From NCBI GenBank assembly GCA_963752255.1, contig CAVVXT010000014.1, positions 32,803 to 96,802 on the forward strand: a stretch of DNA of 64,000 nucleotides. The letters are read 5' to 3'. The translations under genes were made by a program, and so were the position numbers. The notes below the pieces were generated by a model. That model searched no databases. It worked only from the letters and a program-made list of their open reading frames with translations, and had not been told where the DNA came from. The stretch comes from Nitrososphaeria archaeon (lineage in GTDB: Archaea; Thermoproteota; Nitrososphaeria; JACIWG01). Positions 63,786 to 64,000 of this stretch are shown piece after piece. Within the stretch, counting starts at the first letter, position 1, and the number at the start of each line of letters is the position of its first letter.

Positions 63786-64000
63786 ATGAACCAGGAAGAA
63801 ATAAAAATTAGTGGACCCAAAAGGGAAGAAATTGTTACACTCGGCGGAGGCTGCTTCTGGTGCATGGAGGCAGTTTTCAACGAAATAAAGGGCGTGGTAA
63901 AGGTGGAATCAGGTTATTCTGGTGGAAATCTGGAGTCCCCATCTTACGAGCAGGTATCGTCTGGTACTACGGGGCACGCAGAAGTTGTACAGATTACGTT
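63786..64000 (+). CDS. msrA: peptide methionine sulfoxide reductase MsrA; 3' end lies outside the window
   Basis: It has [17 protein letters not shown] and TGHAEVVQI. Confidence 0.7.
   Translation, partial: MNQEEIKISGPKREEIVTLGGGCFWCMEAVFNEIKGVVKVESGYSGGNLESPSYEQVSSGTTGHAEVVQIT

Overview
This window is an AT-rich (roughly 35-38% GC) archaeal chromosomal segment containing the replication origin. The archaeal assignment rests on PolD DP1 and DP2, Orc1/Cdc6, aRF1, an Elf1-like zinc ribbon, Sec61-beta, aCPSF1, intron-containing tRNAs and a 16S-23S rRNA operon with bulge-helix-bulge-type processing stems. It is almost entirely core, information-processing DNA. It holds a probable oriC between orc1/cdc6 and a block of hypotheticals, flanked by both PolD subunits; a 16S-23S operon with no spacer tRNA and no 5S; 13 tRNAs, two with introns; and genes for replication and repair (Hef, FEN1, Lhr-like helicase, metallophosphoesterase, endonuclease V, RPA-like), translation (aRF1, EF-1beta, L15e, L37e, Pth2, diphthamide genes dph2 and dph5, Taw1), the proteasome (two beta subunits), RNA processing (Csl4, RpoL, TFS, aCPSF1, RtcA, LSm) and cofactor and lipid metabolism. 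I found no CRISPR array, restriction-modification system, toxin-antitoxin pair or integrase. The most unusual items are, first, a diphthine synthase ORF whose TGA stop is followed in the same frame by about 80 stop-free codons that run into a RibL-like FAD synthetase lacking any canonical start codon, which could reflect stop-codon readthrough, a fusion or a sequencing error; second, a ValRS/IleRS-like class I synthetase split by a +1 frame change with both HIGH and KMSKS degenerate; third, a tRNA-Met(CAT) that seems to carry two non-canonical introns; and fourth, an O2/NO-detoxification cluster (two flavodiiron proteins, a DUF438-hemerythrin protein, ferredoxin, MsrA) interleaved with four tRNA genes. 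Several short conserved genes that the 60-aa ORF track missed (Sec61-beta, L37e, a COG2888 Zn-ribbon) were added by hand. All functional calls come from motif recognition by eye, and none has been checked against a database.
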